This document shows positions 50,921 through 62,460 of a stretch of DNA of 64,000 nt, piece after piece (position 1 is the stretch's first letter; each line of letters begins with the position of its first letter). The stretch lies in the NCBI RefSeq assembly GCF_009914755.1, contig NC_060942.1. One strand, given 5' to 3'. The notes beneath the pieces are model-generated. The model was not told the DNA's origin and made no database searches. It was given only the letters and a program-made list of their open reading frames with translations. The DNA is from the human T2T-CHM13v2.0 reference genome, Homo sapiens. The position numbers were made by a program, and so were the translations under genes.

Positions 50921-51941
50921 CATTCTCAGAAACTAGTTTCTGATGTGTGTCCTCAACTAACACAGTTGCACATTTCTTTAGACAGAACAGTTTTGAAACA
51001 CTCTTTTTGTGGAATCTGCAAGTGGCTATTTGGCTAGATTTGAGGATTTCGTTGGAAACGGGATTACATATAAAAAGCAGTCAGCAGCATTCTCAGAAAG
51101 TTCTTTGTGATGATTGCATTCAAGTCACAGAATTGAACATTCCCTTTCACAGAGCAGGTTTGAAATACTCTTTTTTAGTGTGTGTAATTGGACATTTGGA
51201 GCACTTTCCGGCCTAAGGTGAAAAAGGAAATATCTTCCCATAAAAACTAGACAGAAGCATTCTCAGAAACTTACTCGTGATGTGTGTCCTCCACTAAATG
51301 AGTAGAACCTTTCTTTTCATAGAGAAGTTTTGAAACGCTCTTTTTGTAGAATCTGCAAGAGGATATTTGCATAGCTTTGAGGATTTCGTGGGAAACGGGA
51401 TTGTCTTCAGGTAAAATCTAGACAGAAGCATTCTGAGAAACTTCTTTGGGATGTTTGCATTCAAGTCACAGAGTAGAACATTCCCTTTGGTAGAGCAGGT
51501 TTGAAACACTCTTTTTGTAGTATCTGGAAGTGGACATTTGGAGCGCTTTCAGGCCTATGTTGGAAAGGGAAATATCTTCCCGTAACAACTAGGCAGAAGC
51601 ATTCTCAGAAACTTATTTGAGATGTGTGTACTCAACTAAGAGAATTGAATCACCGTTTTGAAGGAGCAGTTTTGAAACACTCTTTTTCTGGAATCTGCAA
51701 GAGGATATTTGCCTAACCTTGAGGATTTCGTTGGAAACGGGATTGTCTTTAGATCAAATCTAGACAGAAGCATTCTCAGAAACTTCTTTGGGATGTTTGC
51801 ATTCAAGTCACAGAGTAGAACATTCCCTTTGGTAGAGCAGGTTTGAAACACTCTTTTTTTAGTATATGGAAGTGGACATTTGGAGCGCTTTCAGGCCTAC
51901 GTTGGAAAAGGAAATATCTTCCCATAACAACTAGACAGAAG
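50921..51941 (+). repeat. 6-mer HOR variant (m1, m2, m3/m9 hybrid, m10, m11, m12; 1021 bp), copy 1
   Basis: ORF 50947 to 51968; junction gaagttttgaaacgctc(m3)...tttttgtagaatctgcaagagg(m9) near 51337-51348. Confidence 0.93.
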
Positions 51942-54651
51942 CATTCTCAGAAACTAGTTTCTGATGTGTGTCCTCAACTACCACAGTTGAACATTTCTTT
52001 AGACAGAACAGTTTTGAAACACTCTTTTTGTGGAATCTGCAAGTGGCTATTTGGCTAGATTTGAGGATTTCGTTGGAAACGGGATTACATATAAAAAGCA
52101 GACAGCAGCATTCTCAGAAAGTTCTTTGTGATGATTGCATTCAAGTCACAGAATTGAACATTCCCTTTCACAGAGCAGGTTTGAAACACTCTTTTTATAG
52201 TGTGTGTAAGTGGACATTTGGAGCACTTTCCGGCCTAAGGTGAAAAAGGAAATATCTTCCCATAAAAACTAGACAGAAGCATTCTCAGAAACTTACTCGT
52301 GATGTGTGTCCTCAACTAAAGGAGTAGAACCTTTGTTTTCATAGAGAAGTTTTGAAACGCTCTTTTTGTGGAATCTGCAAGTGGATATTTGGCTAGTTTG
52401 GAGGATTTCATTGGAAGCGGGAATTCATACAAATTGCAGACTGCAGCGTTCTGAGAAACATCTTTGTGATGTTTGTATTCAGGACACAGAGTTGAACATT
52501 CCCTATCATAGAGCAGGTTTGAATCACTCCTTTTGTAGTATCTGGAAGTGGACATTTGGAGCGCTTTCAGGCCTATGTTGGAAAAGGAAATATCTTCCCA
52601 TAACAACTAGACAGAAGCATTCTCAGAAACTTATTTGAGATGTGTGTACTCAACTAAGAGAATTGAACCACCGTTTTGAAGGAGCAGTTTTGAAACACTC
52701 TTTTTCTGGAATCTGCAAGTGGATATTTGGCTAGCTTTGGGGATTTCGCTGGAAGCGGGAATACATATAAAAAGCACACAGCAGCGTTCTGAGAAACTGC
52801 TTTCTGATGTTTGCATTCAAGTCAAAAGTTGAACACTCCCTTTCATAGAGCAGTCCTGAAACACTCCTTTTGTAGTATCTGGAACTGGACTTTTGGAGCG
52901 CTTTCAGGGCTAAGGTGAAAAAGGAAATATCTTCCCATAAAAACTGGACAGAATCATTCTCAGAAACTTGTTTATGCTGAATCTACTCAACTAACATAGT
53001 TGAACCTTTCTTTTGATAGAGCAGTTTTGAAATGCTCTTTTTGTGGAATCTGCAAGTGGATATTTGGCTAGTTTGGAGGATTTCGTTGGAAGCGGGAATT
53101 CATACAAATTGCAGACTGCAGCGTTCTGAGAAACATCTTTGTGATGTTTGTATTCAGGACACAGAGTTGAACATTCCCTATCATAGAGCAGGTTTGAATC
53201 ACTCCTTTTGTAGTATCTGGAAGTGGACATTTGGAGCGCTTTCAGGCCTATGTTGGAAAAGGAAATATCTTCCCATAACAACTAGACAGAAGCATTCTCA
53301 GAAACTTATTTGAGATGTGTGTACTCAACTAAGAGAATTGAACCACCGTTTTGAAGGAGCAGTTTTGAAACACTCTTTTCCTGGAATCTGCAAGTGGATA
53401 TTTGGCTAGCTTTGGGGATTTCGCTGGAAGCGGGAATACATATAAAAAGCACACAGCAGCGTTCTGAGAAACTGCTTTCTGATGTTTGCATTCAAGTCAA
53501 AAGTTGAACACTCCCTTTCATAGTGCAGTCCTGAAACACTCCTTTTGTAGTATCTGGAACTGGACTTTTGGAGCGCTTTCAGGGCTAAGGTGAAAAAGGA
53601 AATATCTTCCCATAAAAACTGGACAGAAGCATTCTCAGAAACTTGTTTATGCTGTATCTACTCAACTAACAAAGTTGAACCTTTCTTTTGATAGAGCAGT
53701 TTTGAAATGCTCTTTTTGTGGAATCTGCAAGTGGATATTTGGCTAGTTTTGAGGATTTCGTTGGAAGCGGGAATTCATACAAATTGCAGACTGCAGCGTT
53801 CTGAGAAACATCTTTGTGATGTTTGTATTCAGGACAGAGAGTTGAACATTCCCTATCATAGAGCAGGTTGGAATCACTCCTTTTGTAGTATCTGGAAGTG
53901 GACATTTGGAGCGCTTTCAGGCCGATGTTGAAAAAGGAAATATCTTCCCATAACAACTAGACACAAGCATTCTCAGAAACTTGTTTGTGATGTGTGCCCT
54001 CTACTGACAGAGTTGAACCTTTCTTTTCATAGAGCAGTTTTGAAACACTCTTTTTGTAGAATCTGCAAGAGGATATCTGCATAGCTTTGAGGATTTCGTG
54101 GGAAACGGGATTGTCTTCAGGTAAAATCTAGACAGAAGCATTCTCAGAAACTTCTTTGGGATGTTTGCATTCAAGTCACAGAGTAGAACATTCCCTTTGG
54201 TAGAGCAGGTTTGAAACACTCTTTTTGTAGTATCTGGAAGTGGACATTTGGAGCGCTTTCAGGCCTATGTTGGAAAGGGAAATATCTTCCCGTAACAACT
54301 AGGCAGAAGCATTCTCAGAAACTTATTTGAGATGTGTGTACTCAACTAAGAGAATTGAACCACCGTTTTGAAGGAGCAGTTTTGAAACACTCTTTTTCTG
54401 GAATCTGCAAGAGGATATTTGCCTAGCCTTGAGGATTTCGTTGGAAACGGGATTGTCTTCAGATCAAATCTAGTCAGAAGCATTCTCAGAAACTTCTTTG
54501 GGATGTTTGCATTCAAGTCACAGAGTAGAACATTCCCTTTGGTAGAGCAGGTTTGAAACACTCTTTTTTTAGTATATGGAAGTGGACATTTGGAGCGCTT
54601 TCAGGCCTACGTTGGAAAAGGAAATATCTTCCCATAACAACTAGACAGAAG
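51942..54651 (+). repeat. 16-mer HOR variant (2710 bp) with an m7/m3 hybrid and an internal 675-bp repeat of m4-m6 plus flanks
   Basis: m7 start at 52955 and again at 53630; the first switches from m7 (aaatgctc) to m3 (gtttggagg, then ggacacaga in m4) between about 53034 and 53075. Confidence 0.92.
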
Positions 54652-57600
54652 CATTCTCAGAAACTAGTTTCTGATGTGTGTCCTCAACTAACACAGTTGA
54701 ACATTTCTTTAGACAGAACAGTTTTGAAACACTCTTTTTGTGGAATCTGCAAGTGGCTATTTGGCTAGATTTGAGGATTTCGTTGGAAACGGGATTACAT
54801 ATAAAAAGCAGACAGCAGCATTCTCAGAAAGTTCTTTGTGATGATTGCATTCAAGTCACAGAATTGAACATTCCCTTTCACAGAGCAGGTTTGAAACACT
54901 CTTTTTGCAGTGTGTGTAAGTGGACATTTGGAGCACTTTCCGGCCTAAGGTGAAAAAGGAAATATCTTCCCATAAAAACTAGACAGAAGCACTCTCAGAA
55001 ACTTACTCGTGATGTGTGTCTTCAACTAAAGGAGTAGAACCTTTGTTTTCATAGAGAAGTTTTGAAACGCTCTTTTTGTGGAATCTGCAAGTGGATATTT
55101 GGCTAGTTTGGAGGATTTCGTTGGAAGCGGGAATTCATACAAATTGCAGACTGCAGCGTTCTGAGAAACATCTTTGTGATGTTTGTATTCAGGACACAGA
55201 GTTGAACATTCCCTATCATAGAGCAGGTTTGAATCACTCCTTTTGTAGTATCTGGAAGTGGACATTTGGAGCGCTTTCAGGCCTATGTTGGAAAAGGAAA
55301 TATCTTCCCATAACAACTAGACAGAAGCATTCTCAGAAACTTATTTGAGATGTGTGTACTCAACTAAGAGAATTGAACCACCGTTTTGAAGGAGCAGTTT
55401 TGAAACACTCTTTTTCTGGAATCTGCAAGTGGATATTTGGCTAGCTTTGGGGATTTCGCTGGAAGCGGGAATACATATAAAAAGCACACAGCAGCGTTCT
55501 GAGAAACGGCTTTCTGATGTTTGCATTCAAGTCGAAAGTTGAACACTCCCTTTCATAGTGCAGTCCTGAAACACTCCTTTTGTAGTATCTGGAACTGGAC
55601 TTTTGGAGCGCTTTCAGGGCTAAGGTGAAAAAGGAAATATCTTCCCATAAAAACTGGACAGAAGCATTCTCAGAAACTTGTTTATGCTGTATCTACTCAA
55701 CTAACAAAGTTGAACCTTTCTTTTGATAGAGCAGTTTTGAAATGCTCTTTTTGTGGAATCTGCAAGTGGATATTTGGCTAGTTTTGAGGATTTCGTTGGA
55801 AGCGGGAATTCATACAAATTGCAGACTGCAGCGTTCTGAGAAACATCTTTGTGATGTTTGTATTCAGGACAGAGAGTTGAACATTCCCTATCATAGAGCA
55901 GGTTGGAATCACTCCTTTTGTAGTATCTGGAAGTGGACATTTGGAGCGCTTTCAGGCCTATGTTGAAAAAGGAAATATCTTCCCATAACAACTAGACACA
56001 AGCATTCTCAGAAACTTGTTTGTGATGTGTGCCCTCTACTGACAGAGTTGAACCTTTCTTTTCATAGAGCAGTTTTGAAACACTCTTTTTGTAGAATCTG
56101 CAAGAGGATATTTGCATAGCTTTGAGGATTTCGTGGGAAACGGGATTGTCTTCAGGTAAAATCTAGACAGAAGCATTCTCAGAAACTTCTTTGGGATGTT
56201 TGCATTCAAGTCACAGAGTAGAACATTCCCTTTGGTAGAGCAGGTTTGAAACACTCTTTTTGTAGTATCTGGAAGTGGACATTTGGAGCGCTTTCAGGCC
56301 TATGTTGGAAAGGGAAATATCTTCCCGTAACAACTAGGCAGAAGCATTCTCAGAAACTTATTTGAGATGTGTGTACTCAACTAAGAGAATTGAACCACCG
56401 TTTTGAAGGAGCAGTTTTGAAACACTCTTTTTCTGGAATCTGCAAGAGGATATTTGCCTAGCCTTGAGGATTTCGTTGGAAACGGGATTGTCTTCAGATC
56501 AAATCTAGACAGAAGCATTCTCAGAAACTTCTTTGGGATGTTTGCATTCAAGTCACAGAGTAGAACATTCCCTTTGGTAGAGCAGGTTTGAAACACTCTT
56601 TTTTTAGTATATGGAAGTGGACATTTGGAGCGCTTTCAGGCCTACGTTGGAAAAGGAAATATCTTCCCATAACAACTAGACAGAAGCATTCTCAGAAACT
56701 AGTTTCTGATGTGTGTCCTCAACTAACACAGTTGAACATTTCTTTAGACAGAACAGTTTTGAAACTCTCTTTTTGTGGAATCTGCAAGTGGCTATTTGGC
56801 TAGATTTGAGGATTTCGTTGGAAACGGGATTACATATAAAAAGCAGACAGCAGCATTCTCAGAAAGTTCTTTGTGATGATTGCATTCAAGTCACAGAATT
56901 GAACATTCCCTTTCACAGAGCAGGTTTGAAACACTCTTTTTATAGTGTGTGTAAGTGGACATTTGGAGCACTTTCCGGCCTAAGGTGAAAAAGGAAATAT
57001 CTTCCCATAAAAACTAGACAGAAGCATTCTCAGAAACTTACTCGTGATGTGTGTCCTCAACTAAAGGAGTAGAACCTTTGTTTTCATAGAGAAGTTTTGA
57101 AACGCTCTTTTTGTGGAATCTGCAAGTGGATATTTGGCTAGTTTGGAGGATTTCGTTGGAAGCGGGAATTCATACAAATTGCAGACTGCAGCGTTCTGAG
57201 AAACATCTTTGTGATGTTTGTATTCAGGACACAGAGTTGAACATTCCCTATCATAGAGCAGGTTGGAATCACTCCTTTTGTAGTATCTGGAAGTGGACAT
57301 TTGGAGCGCTTTCAGGCCTATGTTGGAAAAGGAAATATCTTCCCATAACAACTAGACAGAAGCATTCTCAGAAACTTATTTGAGATGTGTGTACTCAACT
57401 AAGAGAATTGAACCACCGTTTTGAAGGAGCAGTTTTGAAACACTCTTTTTCTGGAATCTGCAAGTGGATATTTGGCTAGCTTTGGGGATTTCGCTGGAAG
57501 CGGGAATACATATAAAAAGCACACAGCAGCGTTCTGAGAAACTGCTTTCTGATGTTTGCATTCAAGTCAAAAGTTGAACACTCCCTTTCATAGAGCAGTC

Positions 57601-58721
57601 CTGAAACACTCCTTTTGTAGTATCTGGAACTGGACTTTTGGAGCGCTTTCAGGGCTAAGGTGAAAAAGGAAATATCTTCCCATAAAAACTGGACAGAAGC
57701 ATTCTCAGAAACTTGTTTATGCTGTATCTACTCAACTAACATAGTTGAACCTTTCTTTTGATAGAGCAGTTTTGAAATGCTCTTTTTGTGGAATCTGCAA
57801 GTGGATATTTGGCTAGTTTTGAGGATTTCGTTGGAAGCGGGAATTCATACAAATTGCAGACTGCAGCGTTCTGAGAAACATCTTTGTGATGTTTGTATTC
57901 AGGACAGAGAGTTGAACATTCCCTATCATAGAGCAGGTTGGAATCACTCCTTTTGTAGTATCTGGAAGTGGACATTTGGAGCGCTTTCAGGCCTATGTTG
58001 AAAAAGGAAATATCTTCCCATAACAACTAGACACAAGCATTCTCAGAAACTTGTTTGTGATGTGTGCCCTCTACTGACAGAGTTGAACCTTTCTTTTCAT
58101 AGAGCAGTTTTGAAACACTCTTTTTGTAGAATCTGCAAGAGGATATTTGCATAGCTTTGAGGATTACGTGGGAAACGGGATTGTCTTCAGGTAAAATCTA
58201 GACAGAAGCATTCTCAGAAACTTCTTTGGGATGTTTGCATTCAAGTCAAAGAGTAGAACATTCCCTTTGGTAGAGTAGGTTTGAAACACTCTTTTTGTAG
58301 TATCTGGAAGTGGACATTTGGAGCGCTTTCAGGCCTATGTTGGAAAGGGAAATATCTTCCCGTAACAACTAGGCAGAAGCATTCTCAGAAACTTATTTGA
58401 GATGTGTGTACTCAACTAAGAGAATTGAACCACCGTTTTGAAGGAGCAGTTTTGAAACACTCTTTTTCTGGAATCTGCAAGAGGATATTTGCCTAGCCTT
58501 GAGGATTTCGTTGGAAACGGGATTGTCTTCAGATCAAATCTAGACAGAAGCATTCTCAGAAACTTCTTTGGGATGTTTGCATTCAAGTCACAGAGTAGAA
58601 CATTCCCTTTGGTAGAGCAGGTTTGAAACACTCTTTTTGTAGTATCTGGAAGTGGACATTTGGAGCGCATTCAGGCCTACGTTGGAAAAGGAAATATCTT
58701 CCCATAACAACTAGACAGAAG

Positions 58722-59742
58722 CATTCTCAGAAACTAGTTTCTGATGTGTGTCCTCAACTAACACAGTTGCACATTTCTTTAGACAGAACAGTTTTGAAAC
58801 ACTCTTTTTGTGGAATCTGCAAGTGGCTATTTGGCTAGATTTGAGGATTTCGTTGGAAACGGGATTACATATAAAAAGCAGTCAGCAGCATTCTCAGAAA
58901 GTTCTTTGTGATGATTGCATTCAAGTCACAGAATTGAACATTCCCTTTCACAGAGCAGGTTTGAAATACTCTTTTTTAGTGTGTGTAATTGGACATTTGG
59001 AGCACTTTCCGGCCTAAGGTGAAAAAGGAAATATCTTCCCATAAAAACTAGACAGAAGCATTCTCAGAAACTTACTCGTGATGTGTGTCCTCCACTAAAT
59101 GAGTAGAACCTTTCTTTTCATAGAGAAGTTTTGAAACGCTCTTTTTGTAGAATCTGCAAGAGGATATTTGCATAGCTTTGAGGATTTCGTGGGAAACGGG
59201 ATTGTCTTCAGGTAAAATCTAGACAGAAGCATTCTGAGAAACTTCTTTGGGATGTTTGCATTCAAGTCACAGAGTAGAACATTCCCTTTGGTAGAGCAGG
59301 TTTGAAACACTCTTTTTGTATTATCTGGAAGTGGACATTTGGAGCGCTTTCAGGCCTATGTTGGAAAGGGAAATATCTTCCCGTAACAACTAGGCAGAAG
59401 CATTCTCAGAAACTTATTTGAGATGTGTGTACTCAACTAAGAGAATTGAACCACCGTTTTGAAGGAGCAGTTTTGAAACACTCTTTTTCTGGAATCTGCA
59501 AGAGGATATTTGCCTAGCCTTGAGGATTTCGTTGGAAACGGGATTGTCTTCAGATCAAATCTAGACAGAAGCATTCTCAGAAACTTCTTTGGGATGTTTG
59601 CATTCAAGTCACAGAGTAGAACATTCCCTTTGGTAGAGCAGGTTTGAAACACTCTTTTTTTAGTATATGGAAGTGGACATTTGGAGCGCTTTCAGGCCTA
59701 CGTTGGAAAAGGAAATATCTTCCCATAACAACTAGACAGAAG
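58722..59742 (+). repeat. 6-mer HOR variant, copy 2
   Basis: ORF 58748 to 59769 (1021 bp); same private alleles as copy 1. Confidence 0.93.
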
Positions 59743-61439
59743 CATTCTCAGAAACTAGTTTCTGATGTGTGTCCTCAACTAACACAGTTGAACATTTCTT
59801 TAGACAGAACAGTTTTGAAACGCTCTTTTTGTGGAATCTGCAAGTGGATATTTGGCTAGTTTGGAGGATTTCGTTGGAAGCGGGAATTCATACAAATTGC
59901 AGACTGCAGCGTTCTGAGAAACATCTTTGTGATGTTTGTATTCAGGACACAGAGTTGAACATTCCCTATCATAGAGCAGGTTTGAATCACTCCTTTTGTA
60001 GTATCTGGAAGTGGACATTTGGAGCGCTTTCAGGCCTATGTTGGAAAAGGAAATATCTTCCCATAACAACTAGACAGAAGCATTCTCAGAAACTTATTTG
60101 AGATGTGTGTACTCAACTAAGAGAATTGAACCACCGTTTTGAAGGAGCAGTTTTGAAACACTCTTTTTCTGGAATCTGCAAGTGGATATTTGGCTAGCTT
60201 TGGGGATTTCGCTGGAAGCGGGAATACATATAAAAAGCACACAGCAGCGTTCTGAGAAACTGCTTTCTGATGTTTGCATTCAAGTCAAAAGTTGAACACT
60301 CCCTTTCATAGAGCAGTCCTGAAACACTCCTTTTGTAGTATCTGGAACTGGACTTTTGGAGCGCTTTCAGGGCTAAGGTGAAAAAGGAAATATCTTCCCA
60401 TAAAAACTGGACAGAATCATTCTCAGAAACTTGTTTATGCTGTATCTACTCAACTAACATAGTTGAACCTTTCTTTTGATAGAGCAGTTTTGAAATGCTC
60501 TTTTTGTGGAATCTGCAAGTGGATATTTGGCTAGTTTTGAGGATTTCGTTGGAAGCGGGAATTCATACAAATTGCAGACTGCAGCGTTCTGAGAAACATC
60601 TTTGTGATGTTTGTATTCAGGACAGAGAGTTGAACATTCCCTATCATAGAGCAGGTTGGAATCACTCCTTTTGTAGTATCTGGAAGTGGACATTTGGAGC
60701 GCTTTCAGGCCTATGTTGAAAAAGGAAATATCTTCCCATAACAACTAGACACAAGCATTCTCAGAAACTTGTTTGTGATGTGTGCCCTCTACTGACAGAG
60801 TTGAACCTTTCTTTTCATAGAGCAGTTTTGAAACACTCTTTTTGTAGAATCTGCAAGAGGATATTTGCATAGCTTTGAGGATTTCGTGGGAAACGGGATT
60901 GTCTTCAGGTAAAATCTAGACAGAAGCATTCTCAGAAACTTCTTTGGGATGTTTGCATTCAAGTCACAGAGTAGAACATTCCCTTTGGTAGAGCAGGTTT
61001 GAAACACTCTTTTTGTAGTATCTGGAAGTGGACATTTGGAGCGCTTTCAGGCCTATGTTGGAAAGGGAAATATCTTCCCGTAACAACTAGGCAGAAGCAT
61101 TCTCAGAAACTTATTTGAGATGTGTGTACTCAACTAAGAGAATTGAACCACCGTTTTGAAGGAGCAGTTTTGAAACACTCTTTTTCTGGAATCTGCAAGA
61201 GGATATTTGCCTAGCCTTGAGGATTTCGTTGGAAACGGGATTGTCTTCAGATCAAATCTAGACAGAAGCATTCTCAGAAACTTCTTTGGGATGTTTGCAT
61301 TCAAGTCACAGAGTAGAACATTCCCTTTGGTAGAGCAGGTTTGAAACACTCTTTTTTTAGTATATGGAAGTGGACATTTGGAGCGCATTCAGGCCTACGT
61401 TGGAAAAGGAAATATCTTCCCATAACAACTAGACAGAAG
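59743..61439 (+). repeat. 10-mer HOR variant (m1/m3 hybrid, m4-m12; 1697 bp), copy 1
   Basis: 2035 - 338 bp; junction tagacagaac(m1) agttttgaaa cgctc...gtggatattt(m3) at about 59810-59822. Confidence 0.93.
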
Positions 61440-62460
61440 CATTCTCAGAAACTAGTTTCTGATGTGTGTCCTCAACTAACACAGTTGCACATTTCTTTAG
61501 ACAGAACAGTTTTGAAACACTCTTTTTGTGGAATCTGCAAGTGGCTATTTGGCTAGATTTGAGGATTTCGTTGGAAACGGGATTACATATAAAAAGCAGT
61601 CAGCAGCATTCTCAGAAAGTTCTTTGTGATGATTGCATTCAAGTCACAGAATTGAACATTCCCTTTCACAGAGCAGGTTTGAAATACTCTTTTTTAGTGT
61701 GTGTAATTGGACATTTGGAGCACTTTCCGGCCTAAGGTGAAAAAGGAAATATCTTCCCATAAAAACTAGACAGAAGCATTCTCAGAAACTTACTCGTGAT
61801 GTGTGTCCTCCACTAAATGAGTAGAACCTTTCTTTTCATAGAGAAGTTTTGAAACGCTCTTTTTGTAGAATCTGCAAGAGGATATTTGCATAGCTTTGAG
61901 GATTTCGTGGGAAACGGGATTGTCTTCAGGTAAAATCTAGACAGAAGCATTCTGAGAAACTTCTTTGGGATGTTTGCATTCAAGTCACAGAGTAGAACAT
62001 TCCCTTTGGTAGAGCAGGTTTGAAACACTCTTTTTGTATTATCTGGAAGTGGACATTTGGAGCGCTTTCAGGCCTATGTTGGAAAGGGAAATATCTTCCC
62101 GTAACAACTAGGCAGAAGCATTCTCAGAAACTTATTTGAGATGTGTGGACTCAACTAAGAGAATTGAACCACCGTTTTGAAGGAGCAGTTTTGAAACACT
62201 CTATTTCTGGAATCTGCAAGAGGATATTTGCCTAGCCTTGAGGATTTCGTTGGAAACGGGATTGTCTTCAGATCAAATCTAGACAGAAGCATTCTCAGAA
62301 ACTTCTTTGGGATGTTTGCATTCAAGTCACAGAGTAGAACATTCCCTTTGGTAGAGCAGGTTTGAAACACTCTTTTTTTAGTATATGGAAGTGGACATTT
62401 GGAGCGCTTTCAGGCCTACGTTGGAAAAGGAAATATCTTCCCATAACAACTAGACAGAAG
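61440..62460 (+). repeat. 6-mer HOR variant, copy 3
   Basis: ORF 61466 to 62487 (1021 bp). Confidence 0.93.
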
